From: an uncultured bacterium
GTDB lineage: Bacteria > Verrucomicrobiota > Kiritimatiellia > PWTM01
Reading direction: 5' to 3'
Assembly (NCBI GenBank): GCA_937935255.1
Contig: CALGXT010000076.1
Location: 1,658-65,657 of the forward strand
DNA: 64,000 bases
Under the pieces are notes generated by a model. It saw nothing but the letters and a program-made list of their open reading frames with translations, did no database searches and was not told the origin of the DNA. Within the stretch, counting starts at the first letter, position 1. Each line of letters opens with the position of its first letter. Position numbers and translations under genes: made by a program. Below, one piece after another: positions 18,638 to 28,500 of this stretch.

Positions 18638-21600
18638 TCACGGCTCGAATGAAAACTCCAAGTCGTTCGACCAATGTTCCGCCCAATCCACCTGAAAGGC
18701 GAAGGGGCTGCGCAGCGAGACGCTGCGCCGGCGCGCCAGTTCCAGGGTCGGCCCGCCGCCTCGATAATTGACGCGATAACTGAACTTGACCGACCGGCCC
18801 TCGTCCACCGCCGCCTTGACCGCCGGCATTTCCGCCCAGGGAATCGCCGCCTCGGTGATGCGTAGGCCGTCGCGATACACCGTGATCATCTTCGCGCCTT
18901 CCACGGGGCCTTCGTTCGGCGCTTTCGGCTGCCGGGGGTAGAAATGCTTGCGCGGCAGCGTGGGATGCGTGAGCCGCCAGACCTCGAAGCCGCCGCCGAA
19001 TTCCGGCGCCACGTGGTTCAGCGCGTACTCGTGATCGGTGCAGACCACCGGGATGAGCCGCTCCGGACTGCCGGGCAGCTTCGAAATGGAACTGCTGGGG
19101 CCCTGCTGGTCGGGCGGCAGCACGTTGAATGCAATCTGCACGTTGTCGAAGTCCGGGCTGCGGTTCCCGGCCGGCAGAATCGGATCCCTACGGTAGGTGA
19201 AACGGCGTACGCCCTCGGGCCATCGCATGGCCGCCAAACCGTCGTCGCGTGGCGCGGCCGCGGCGCCCGCCCACGGCAACGCCGGCCACGCCGCATAATC
19301 AATAACGGCATCCACGCGCGTCAAACGGGGGGCGCCGTCCAGACCGGTCCCGGCGAAGAACTCGGCTTTCAAGCCCGGCGCCTCGCCCGCTTCCGCGGCG
19401 AACAGCGCCTCCGCCGGCACCGTCATCCGCTCCCCGCCCGGCTCGATCCACTGGAACTGGGCCACGGCGCCGCCGCCGCCCTGAAAGTACTCGATGCGAA
19501 TCGGCATTCTCTTCCCGGCGGTCAGTTCGACTTCGACCTTCGAATCGGCCGGCGCGCGCCCCGACCAGTCGTTGATGACCTGCCGCCCGTCCAGCCACAG
19601 ACGCACTCCATCGTCCGTCCGTAGAATCAAGGTGTGCGGGCCGGTCGCGCGAGCCTGCAGGAAGCCGCTCCAGCGGGCGCTGAAATTTTCCGCGCCACCC
19701 TGCCCCTGCTGCGACGGGCCCACCTTTCGATACGAGATCTCCGGATAGAAAAACTGGTCGTCGTCGCGTTCGGCGAAACGCAGCGTGCCGGGATCGGGCG
19801 TGGCGTCGCTGATGCGCGCGGCGAAGTAGAAGTACTCGTCGTCGTAGGCCAGCCACGCGGTCGCGAATCCGCTCCGTCCCTCCGGGGCGAACTTCGCAAA
19901 GGGCAGCCACGCCTCCTCGGTGAGCGTCCGCGTGGCCGCGCCGGCGCCCGAGACCGCCTGCGGTATTGCGCCGCGCCAGTCGTCCAGTTGGCCGTCGATG
20001 CGGACGGTGCGGCGGACCACGCGATTTACGTGGAGCGCTTCGCGATGCACGGCCACCCCCCGATCGCCGGCGTCGAACACGAGCGACAGGGGATAGGTGT
20101 TGTCCGCCCGGGCAGCGCCCTTCACCGGAATATCGAGCCGCAGCGTCTCGCGCGGTTCCAGGCGGATGCGCGCCGGCGCCTCCGCTTGCAAGCCTTCGAT
20201 CGTCAGGCGCAACGCGCCTTCGATCGGCTGGTTGTGATGGCTGGTCAACTCCAGGCGAAGCACCGCTCCATCTTCGACCGGTTGCAGGAAGTCACGGGCG
20301 ACGATGTGGATCGGCGCCAGGCCTTCGACCCGCGCGGCGCGGAGGGCGGCGAGCAGCGCCTCGAACGATTCGGCCTTGCCGTCGGTGGCGCGCAGGAAGA
20401 AGCCGCGGTGATCGAGCGGAACGACAATCGAACCGTCCGCCGAAGGCGGCAGCCGGTTGCCGGTGAAATCGAACATGGCGAAGGGCGCATCCATGGCGGA
20501 CACAACAAGTTTCGCATCGCGATACGGCCCGCGCTCGGCCAGGCGATTCTCGATCTCGGCCTTGCGCTCCGGGGTCTCCGCGCGATTCAATTCCGAAAGG
20601 AGCTCCAGGCGCGCCCGGCTCCCGGCCAGGTCGGGGGTCTCGCCCCACAAATGCCCCCGCCCGAACAGCGCATCCAGATCGCCCAGCACCACGACCGTTC
20701 CGTCGCCGGCGTTGCCGTCGTATCCGTCGAACACGAATACCCAGGGCAGGCCACGCTCGAACAACACCTCGCGAAACGGGCGGTCGCCAATGAAATGCTG
20801 GACTGCGCCGACCGATGCGGCCAGCGGGAACGCCTGCAACGGGGCGGCGATCTGCTCGCGGCCGCGATCGCTCCAAACCTCCGCGCGGCGAACGCGCCCG
20901 TGACTCAGCACATCCACCACATTGCCGCCATATACACCCATCGCCCGGTCGTAACCCGCGGCGCGATTCGCGGCCACGACGGCCGCATAGCGGTCGTCCG
21001 TGTTGGCGACCCAGGATTCGGTGTCGAAGATGAGCACGCGGCCCTCGCGATTCTTGCGCTCGCGCCACATCTTGAAATGGGCCGGCGAATGCATGCCCTG
21101 ATAGTGGATCGAACAGAAGTCGAGATATTCCAGAAACTCGTCGCTGCCGTCGGGGAAAAACTTGTCCCAGGTGTTGGTGGAGGAGTCCGCTCCGCCGACG
21201 AGCACCTGCACGCCGAATTCCTTCTCGGCCTCGTGGACCGCCTCGGCCATCGCGCGATAGATCTCGCGGTAGCGGATCATATCCGCCTGCCAGCCGCTGA
21301 TGCTCGACCCCTCCCACGGTTCATTCCACAGCATCACGCCGGTGATCGGGCCCTTGGGCCAGCCGAACGCGCCGACCAGCTTCTTCACCTCCGCCTTGAA
21401 GTCCGCGTCCAGTTCCGGCAGCCAGACGTGATCCATTTTACCTTCGAGCATGACGCCGTCGGCGTCGAGGTGCGGCCGCGGGCGATCCAGCGGCTGCGGC
21501 GCGCCCCCCGCGCCGAATTCGGCCAGCACGGTGACGTTGCGCTCGTGCAGCGCGCGCAGCTCGCTCTCGTATCGGGCCAGCAGTCCGCGCCGCGATGAAT

Positions 21601-22225
21601 GCGCGTAGTCAATGCCCTTGCGAACCGCCCGAATATTCAGCCGTTGCAGAACCTCGGGAGGCATTTCCTCCATGGCCTGGTGCGGGTGCCGGCTGCGGCG
21701 ATCGTCCGCGGCGAACGTTCGCACGCCGTGCGTGAGCAACCGGCGTCCGCGCCCCCCCAGATCCACGATCGCCATCCAACCCAGATTCCGCTCCGGCAGG
21801 TCGAACTCAACCGTGAAATTGCTCCATCCGGGCTTGCCGTCCGCCGCGGCCGGCAAATCAACCTTGATCGGCAGCCGCTGAAGAACGCCCCGATTGCGCA
21901 CTTGTGGCAGCCATATGTCGCCGGGGATGCCTTCCGTTGCCCATTCCACGATCTCAATATGTCCCACCACATGCAACGGTGTGACGCCGGCGTGTCGCAA
22001 CTGAAATGAAAGTCGGGGCCGCTCGCCGGGCCAGAAGATGTTGGCGGGCGCATTGCTCTCGATCAGCACGGCTTCGAAACCCGCCGCCCCCTGCAGGCGC
22101 AATTCCGCATGCCAGTCCTTCATGGATTCACCGGTCTTCATCTGCGCGGACGCCCGGAAGGCCAACGACGACACCCCCGCGGCAACGGCCAGGCCGGCCA
22201 CGAACGATTTGCGATGCGCTTTCAT
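18638..22225 (-). CDS. Large secreted putative clan GH-A glycosidase with a CBM9-like domain and an inserted PA14 domain
   Basis: Signal peptide; WNEPWE and IFDTESW (acid/base- and nucleophile-like); IDGQLDDW…AYDDEYFYFAARISD; NFSARWSG…TDDGVRLW. Confidence 0.7.
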   Translation of the reverse strand: MKAHRKSFVAGLAVAAGVSSLAFRASAQMKTGESMKDWHAELRLQGAAGFEAVLIESNAPANIFWPGERPRLSFQLRHAGVTPLHVVGHIEIVEWATEGIPGDIWLPQVRNRGVLQRLPIKVDLPAAADGKPGWSNFTVEFDLPERNLGWMAIVDLGGRGRRLLTHGVRTFAADDRRSRHPHQAMEEMPPEVLQRLNIRAVRKGIDYAHSSRRGLLARYESELRALHERNVTVLAEFGAGGAPQPLDRPRPHLDADGVMLEGKMDHVWLPELDADFKAEVKKLVGAFGWPKGPITGVMLWNEPWEGSSISGWQADMIRYREIYRAMAEAVHEAEKEFGVQVLVGGADSSTNTWDKFFPDGSDEFLEYLDFCSIHYQGMHSPAHFKMWRERKNREGRVLIFDTESWVANTDDRYAAVVAANRAAGYDRAMGVYGGNVVDVLSHGRVRRAEVWSDRGREQIAAPLQAFPLAASVGAVQHFIGDRPFREVLFERGLPWVFVFDGYDGNAGDGTVVVLGDLDALFGRGHLWGETPDLAGSRARLELLSELNRAETPERKAEIENRLAERGPYRDAKLVVSAMDAPFAMFDFTGNRLPPSADGSIVVPLDHRGFFLRATDGKAESFEALLAALRAARVEGLAPIHIVARDFLQPVEDGAVLRLELTSHHNQPIEGALRLTIEGLQAEAPARIRLEPRETLRLDIPVKGAARADNTYPLSLVFDAGDRGVAVHREALHVNRVVRRTVRIDGQLDDWRGAIPQAVSGAGAATRTLTEEAWLPFAKFAPEGRSGFATAWLAYDDEYFYFAARISDATPDPGTLRFAERDDDQFFYPEISYRKVGPSQQGQGGAENFSARWSGFLQARATGPHTLILRTDDGVRLWLDGRQVINDWSGRAPADSKVEVELTAGKRMPIRIEYFQGGGGAVAQFQWIEPGGERMTVPAEALFAAEAGEAPGLKAEFFAGTGLDGAPRLTRVDAVIDYAAWPALPWAGAAAAPRDDGLAAMRWPEGVRRFTYRRDPILPAGNRSPDFDNVQIAFNVLPPDQQGPSSSISKLPGSPERLIPVVCTDHEYALNHVAPEFGGGFEVWRLTHPTLPRKHFYPRQPKAPNEGPVEGAKMITVYRDGLRITEAAIPWAEMPAVKAAVDEGRSVKFSYRVNYRGGGPTLELARRRSVSLRSPFAFQVDWAEHWSNDLEFSFEP

Positions 22226-22303
22226 AATCATTTTCTCCCCGTCGGGTTTGGTGTGGACTCTTTTTTTTGAGGCAAGCCTCATGAAAATCTCTTGCCGTTC
22301 AGC

Positions 22304-22400
22304 GGCGGGCAGGGGACTGCCCGCCCTACCTTCTCAATAATCGGTAGGGCGGCGAGTCCCTCTTGGCCGACGTAGCTTTAGCGAAGTCAGCTCGCCGCCG
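22304..22400. repeat. Pair of GTAG-type REP-like palindromes, one with a 30-bp insert in its loop
   Basis: GGCGGGCAG-ggga-CTGCCCGCC-CTACC (22304-22330) and GGTAG-GGCGGCGAG-tccc-[22361-22390]-CTCGCCGCC. Confidence 0.75.
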
Positions 22401-22407
22401 CTATCGC

Positions 22408-24555
22408 TCACTCGATGGCGTAGACACGGCGGGCGCGGGCGCGCAGCCGGCCGTCCGTGATTTCTTCCGACGCGCCGCCCGTCAGCTCGGTCACGCGCGC
22501 CTTTCCGTCCACCGGCATTTCGAGGTCGCGGAAGGCCCAGAGGATTTTCCGCCGGGCGCCTTCGTAAATGACACCCGCCTCGTCCGGCAAGATCGTGCGG
22601 TGGAGCATGTCCGCATCCGCCGCGTTGAAAGCTTTCATCCAGGCCTTCTGCTCTTCGGTCGGCCGGTCGAGTTCGTTCTTCACGCCGCTGGAGCGCCAAC
22701 TCAGCGTGCGACTGGGAATGTGCCAGTAGAGCAGCCAGACGCAGCGATACGCGAGGCCGCGGAAGAATACATCCGAGGGGTCCGCGCCCGCCTCCCGCAA
22801 CGCCGGCCCGTCCCACACGGCGGCGAATTCACGCCACAGAAAAAGATTGTCGAGCCGCGCAACGACGGGCGGTCCCGTGCGATGCGTTCCGAAAACGCCG
22901 CAGTCCTCGCTGTTGTAGTGATAGCCGTAGCGCTGCATCTCCGCGATCAGATCGAGGTGCGCGCGGTACTGCGAGAGGATGGCCTTCGGCGGTTCCACCT
23001 CCGGACGCACCCGGCCCAACCGAACGGTTTGGTCCACCGTCGCGCCGCCCGAACCCGCGACCTGGCCGACCCAGTGAAACTTATCGCTGCTGAGGTTGAA
23101 CGAACTGTCGAGAAAGATGCCGTCGAAGCCGACCCGCTCGCGCGCCTCGCGCCAGCGCCGATGCCAGTAGGCCACCACGGCCGGATCGCGCAGGTTCAAC
23201 TGACAGAACGTGTGCGTGTAGTGATCGGCCTCGATGTGTCCGGCCGGATTGCGCACAAAGGCCTGGGGCGAACGCTCGATGACCTCGGTGATCGAGCCCT
23301 CGACGGGGAGCTGCCGGAGCCGTCCCGAATGGCCGGAGCCACGGCCGATCGAATTGAGATAGGTGTAGGTGGAAAGCGCGGTGTTGGCCCAGTGGTGGAT
23401 GGTCGCGCCGCCGGCGTGCAGCGCATCGCAGAAGCGTTTCACCTTCGCTTCGCCGACGGTCTCGGCGATTTTGTAGTCCACGGTGCAGCACATGTTGCTG
23501 ACGCCCCAGGTGTTCATGTTGTTTTCGAACTCGTTGGGGATGAAAACCTGCCGCACGCCGTAATCCAGCAGGGCCGGCGCCGCCTCGCGCGTGTAAAGAT
23601 CGAAGTCGGGCATCCCCCACTCTTCGACCATGCCGTACGGTGCGATGCGGTCCTGGCGCATGCCCAGCTCGGCGTGCAGACGCTCCGCCACCCACTCTCG
23701 CAGCGACTCCCAGAGGTTGGCGTTGGCGACGCGGTCGCGCCGGCCCGCGAACCAGAGCACCTCGACCGGCCGCGTATCGAATTCGAGCGCCAGGTCGCCG
23801 CAATGCTCGTGGGCATGGACGATCCGCGTCCACCCGCGCGGTTTCTCGAAGAGGCTGCGCACGTGGGCGACGCCGTCCACCCACGTGACGAGCGCGCCCT
23901 CGGCCGCGGCGGTCAGCGTGAAGCCGGGGAACTGCGTCTGCAACGGCAGAAACTGGAAGATGGAGGGATTGTGGCAGCCCGGCAGCCACCACTCGGTGGT
24001 GTAGTGCTCCGACGCATCGGCGAAACAATGGATCGAGGGCGCAAAACTTTGGCGCAGCCAGAATTCATTGCCGATCGCGCTGCCGCCCGGTTCCCAGGTG
24101 CCGCGGTCGAGAATCTTGTAGATGGGAATGCTCGCCGAGCGATACCGGAAACGATAGCTGAAACCCGCACCTCGCGCGCCGCGCACCTCGCGCGCCGCCG
24201 GGCGCAACTCGATCGTCAGGCGCGTGTCCGGCGCGGGCCGTGGCGCCGCCGTCCAGTCGCTGACGCGGTAGCGGTTGTGGACGCGGTGCAGCATCCACTC
24301 CATCGGGCCGCCCTCGCGGCGGCGCGGCTCCAGTTCGATCGCGAGTCCGCCCTCGGGCAGCGGCGCCTGCCCCACGACGCGCCAGTCGCACAGTTCGATG
24401 GCCTCTGGGTTGCGGATTTCCGGCAGCAGCGGCAGCGCGGGGTCGCGCATGACCCGGCCGGCGATGCGCACGGCGCCGATACCGAGCCAGCGTTCGCCCT
24501 CGGAACGAAGATGAAGCTCGCAGCCGTTGGGGAAGCGATGGATTGGGGATAGCAT
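22408..24555 (-). CDS. Uncharacterised protein, probable TIM-barrel glycoside hydrolase
   Basis: KRFCDALHAGGATIHHW, QLNLRDPAVVAYW and GFDGIFLDS resemble GH13/27/36-type barrels; start at 24555 or 24594. Confidence 0.6.
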   Translation of the reverse strand: MLSPIHRFPNGCELHLRSEGERWLGIGAVRIAGRVMRDPALPLLPEIRNPEAIELCDWRVVGQAPLPEGGLAIELEPRRREGGPMEWMLHRVHNRYRVSDWTAAPRPAPDTRLTIELRPAAREVRGARGAGFSYRFRYRSASIPIYKILDRGTWEPGGSAIGNEFWLRQSFAPSIHCFADASEHYTTEWWLPGCHNPSIFQFLPLQTQFPGFTLTAAAEGALVTWVDGVAHVRSLFEKPRGWTRIVHAHEHCGDLALEFDTRPVEVLWFAGRRDRVANANLWESLREWVAERLHAELGMRQDRIAPYGMVEEWGMPDFDLYTREAAPALLDYGVRQVFIPNEFENNMNTWGVSNMCCTVDYKIAETVGEAKVKRFCDALHAGGATIHHWANTALSTYTYLNSIGRGSGHSGRLRQLPVEGSITEVIERSPQAFVRNPAGHIEADHYTHTFCQLNLRDPAVVAYWHRRWREARERVGFDGIFLDSSFNLSSDKFHWVGQVAGSGGATVDQTVRLGRVRPEVEPPKAILSQYRAHLDLIAEMQRYGYHYNSEDCGVFGTHRTGPPVVARLDNLFLWREFAAVWDGPALREAGADPSDVFFRGLAYRCVWLLYWHIPSRTLSWRSSGVKNELDRPTEEQKAWMKAFNAADADMLHRTILPDEAGVIYEGARRKILWAFRDLEMPVDGKARVTELTGGASEEITDGRLRARARRVYAIE

Positions 24556-24597
24556 AAGAAATCTCCGTGGAATCCGACTTTCGTGTCTGAGCATCGC

Positions 24598-25515
24598 TCA
24601 CACGCTCAGAACACGTGACAGACAATAGTCCAGCGAACGCGCGCGATCGGCATCCCAGGCTACGCAATGCGGGCCGCCCGACGCCTCGGCGAAGGTGGTG
24701 AAGCCATAGGTCGCGTTCCCGGCCAGTTCGACGCTCACGGTCCCCGTGCGCCATACGCACAAGTCCGGCTCCAAAATCGCGGCGACGGCCATGGGATCGT
24801 ACAACGACGGCAGGGCGAGAGCGCCCTGCGGGCTGGCGCTCCGCCACGCGGCAATCGCCGCCGCCAGACGGCGGGCGAGCGGTCGCCGAGAAGCGTTGAG
24901 CCGATCCACATGGCTTTGATCGAAGCGCACGGTATGGCCGATATCCCACGGGATGACCGTGATGGGAATGCCGCTGCTGAAGACGATATGCGCGGCCTCC
25001 GGATCGCAGCGAATATTCCATTCCGCGAAGGGTCGCTTGAATTCCGCCGCCATGGCGACGATTCTTGGAATCTTGCCGGCGATACGCCGTTCGAGCACCA
25101 GGGCGGCGGCCAGGTTGGTCATCGCCCCGATGGTCACCGGCACAATGTCGCCGTCACCGGTCATGAGCGTCTCGACAAGGAAGTTGACCGCGTGCCGCGA
25201 ATCCAGCGGGGGAAGGTCGGATTCCGGCAGACTGGTGGAATCCTGATTCGGAAGCGTATCCTCCAGGTAGGCCTTCATACCGTGATTCGGGCGCGAGGCC
25301 ATGGTCGCGCCACAGCCTACGGCGACCGGAATGCGCGCGAAATCGCCGCCGGCTATGGTCAGCACCGTTCGCGCTTGTCGCGCCCGGGCCCGCACGTTGC
25401 CAAAAACCGTGGTAACGCCCAGCAACTCCAGTTCGGGACTGCCACAGATCAGGCCCAACGCGAGGACATCGTCAATGTCATCGCCGATGTCGGTGTCGAG
25501 AAGTATTTTGGTCAT
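24598..25515 (-). CDS. Nucleoside hydrolase (IU-NH family)
   Basis: DTDIGDDIDD, TTVFGN, IGAMTNLA, AEWNIRCDPEAA, LYDP. Confidence 0.92.
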   Translation of the reverse strand: MTKILLDTDIGDDIDDVLALGLICGSPELELLGVTTVFGNVRARARQARTVLTIAGGDFARIPVAVGCGATMASRPNHGMKAYLEDTLPNQDSTSLPESDLPPLDSRHAVNFLVETLMTGDGDIVPVTIGAMTNLAAALVLERRIAGKIPRIVAMAAEFKRPFAEWNIRCDPEAAHIVFSSGIPITVIPWDIGHTVRFDQSHVDRLNASRRPLARRLAAAIAAWRSASPQGALALPSLYDPMAVAAILEPDLCVWRTGTVSVELAGNATYGFTTFAEASGGPHCVAWDADRARSLDYCLSRVLSV

Positions 25516-25549
25516 GGTCCGCGGTTTCCTCCACGCGAAGTTGTCATGA

Positions 25550-28500
25550 TTAGCGGTTCGTTCCCGATTCCCGCGAAGGAACGGGAACGAGTTCCGGATC
25601 GAGAATCGTCAGGTCCCAACGGCCCCAGTTCCAAGGCATGAGCCGCGCTTCGCTGGGAACATCGCTGCAGATGCTGGTGTCAAGGTTGCTCCAATAGAGG
25701 CGCTGGGTGGTCATGGCGCCGGTGCCCCGCAAGAGGCCAATATCGCCCTGCAATTGCATGCCCGCCTTTAGCGGAGGGACACCGAGCAAGTCGAGCGGCA
25801 CCGCCAGTTCGATATCTCCGCCCCGTTGGGCAAGACGAATGCGTTCGCTGACCACTTCCACGCGATCGAATTCCACCCGGCCGACCGGCGACTCGAACGG
25901 AACCCGTTCTTCCGGGCGCGTGCCGGGCACAACCGAGCGGTACAAGACCGCCGTGGGTATGCCGTCCTGGAGGGAGGCCAACAGACGCTGATCCCCCGCC
26001 ACCGGATCGCGCCGGCGAGGGTTCGCGCCGGGATCCGCCGCAATCATCAGGTCCACCGCGCCGCCACGCTTGAAGAGTAGCCGGGGTTCGCCGCTGGCGT
26101 TGGCCAGCGCATGGGGATCGCCCGTGCGCCAGGCGGCGTAGAGGACGCCGTCCACGATGCGCAGCGAGGCGGAGGCGCGATCGTCGAGGCGCACCCAACC
26201 CGTTTCCGGCCAATCCGCGAGGTTGCCGTCCACGACCGGGGGCTCTCCGCCAACCGCCACGGTCAGCGTCTGGGGACCCCGCTGACGGGAGGCCACAACG
26301 AGCGTCTCCGGCAGCCCCGCCAAACGCGCGGCATCGAGCGTGAGCGCGCCGAAATCGCGACGCCGGACGTCCTGCAGCCCGTCCACCCGGAAGATCGCGC
26401 TGTATTCCTTGCCGGCGATCAGAATTACGTCGCCCTCCTTCGTCTGGGAAAGACTCGGGCCGAAGTGCTCGTCGAGGAAGGTGACGCCCTCAACGACCAT
26501 GCCGCGGCGGTAGTCGGGGTACTTCTGGCCCATCGTCGGATGCGTGCGCATGTCGCCGCCGAGATCCTGGAGGAAGAGCCCGTCGGTCGTCATCAGGTAC
26601 ATCGAACCCTTTTCGCCGTTTACGCCGAACACGGTCCCCGCCTCGCCCCGTTGCGCGAGGAAGGGGGCGCCGAGAAAACGCTGGGCCATGATGACGTCAC
26701 CCGGATTGTGGGGGATGATTTCCCCGGCGAGGCTGGGATACTCCCACTTCCGCTCGCCGTCGCGCCAGCCGAAGATGGCGTTGTGACGGCCGGGAAGTTG
26801 ACCCCGGTGATCCCGGCCGACGGCGAGCGTCCAACCGTCGGCGGTGGTGGTGGTGTTCGAGGGCCGTTCGGCGCCGATGAGCGGCGTGAGTACAGACTCC
26901 TGCGACCAGACGGGAACGCCGTTGGGCAGGATGGTCGGCGCGGGAAATGAATGACCGCGCACGGTGAAGGACAGGTCGTCGTTGAAGCGGATGTTGTTTC
27001 CGATGTAGGCGGTGTCCGTGCGCCAGTATCGGAACTCCTCGGGCTGGGCGCGGCCGTCGCGGTTGAGGTCGGACCAGATGAGCATCGCGTAAAAGTCGAG
27101 TTTCTTTCCGTCCCCCGGATCGTCGAAGAACTCCTGCACCCCGGGGTTGCGCTCGGGGTTCCATGCGCCGTGGGCCGGCTCCCGGAGGTTGAGCGCGCCG
27201 ACCAGGGCCACCGGCCAGGCGACGCCGTCCTTGCCCAGATGCCAGATCGTGCCAATGCTGTTGTTCGAAGCCAGGGCGGCGGTGTAATTGGGTATGAGAA
27301 ACGTGTGTCCGCCGACGTGGAAGGCGTTGTCGGGAATCTGTCCCACATGACGGTCGCGGTCCAACCCGCGGAACTGCTCGGGACGCGAGAAAACGTTGTC
27401 CACCACGGCGGTGCCCTTCGCCCAGTCGAGCTTCATCGAATAGCCGCCGTTGAAGATGCCGTAGTAGAACCGGGTGCGGTCTTGCGGGTCCAACGCCCCT
27501 CCCCCGCCGTACTTCGGCCCGCCGACGAACGACCGCACGAGCGCGCCGTCCGCGGTCGACCAGACGCTGATGCGCTTGGGCAGGTGGTCGGCGTTGACGA
27601 CCCACAGTTGACCGCGCGCGTCGACCGCGAGTCCCTTCGGATAGTGCAGCCTTTCGTAGTCGAAGCCGCCCCCCAGTTGGGGACCGCCGGGCTTGCCGAA
27701 GACGCGCATAGGCCGGCCCGCGGGATCGAACTGCTTGACGACATGCAGCGAACCCCAGTCGCCGACGTACAGATTGCCGGACGGATCGAGCGCGAGCTGC
27801 TGCGCGTCCTCCAGGTGCGCGCCGATCACGACCTCCTCGCGCAGAACGGCCGGCTTCGCCGTATCCAGCGTCAGCCGCTTCACCTGCTTCGCGGTCGCCA
27901 GCAGCAGGCGACCCTGGTCGTCGAACAGCACGCCGCGCGGACCTTCCACCGGAAGGCGGCCGATCAGCCGCTTCGCGCGCGCGTCCACCACCAGCAGTTC
28001 GTTATCGTGCGGGACGCTGATCACCGCGATGCCGTTCCACACCGCGATCGAATCGCTCGTCAATCCGCCGTTCCAGACGATCGGGTTCTCGCTCTGATGC
28101 CGGAACAGCCGGAAGGTTTTACCGCCGCGCGCGAAGGCGTTGACGATGACGTCCCGCCCTCCCGGCCGCAACGCGTACAGCCATGGGGCGTCATCCCCGC
28201 GCGGCGCGTCGGGGCCGCGATCCACCGCGAGCGCGTAACCGCCGTGCCATCCGAACGGGCTGAGGCCGACGATCTTTTTCCCATCGGAATCGAGGGCCAT
28301 GAAGGCGTCGCCGCATTCGGCGGTGATCGCGCTGACGATCACCCGATCCTTCCCCTTCCCGAAATAGCCGTCATCCGATGCCGGGAGGAACACGACGCTC
28401 TGCGGCGAGGTGTGGTCGGCCAGCCAGGCCCCGCTGCGATCCGGCGTGAACCAGGGCGGCTGGCCGGGGCTCTGAATCGGAAACTCGTAGATCAACCGCA

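Noticed and set aside
22363..24552. Long antisense ORFs (also 26951-28855, 30920-33361, 10059-11984, 39721-42537)
   Set aside because: Typical stop-poor mirror frames of high-GC genes; no motifs, and they lie opposite better-supported CDSs.
25559..25589. CGTTCCCG/CGGGAACG hairpin in the last codons of the large secreted gene
   Set aside because: Single copy with no U-tract; could be a REP remnant but is not supportable alone.
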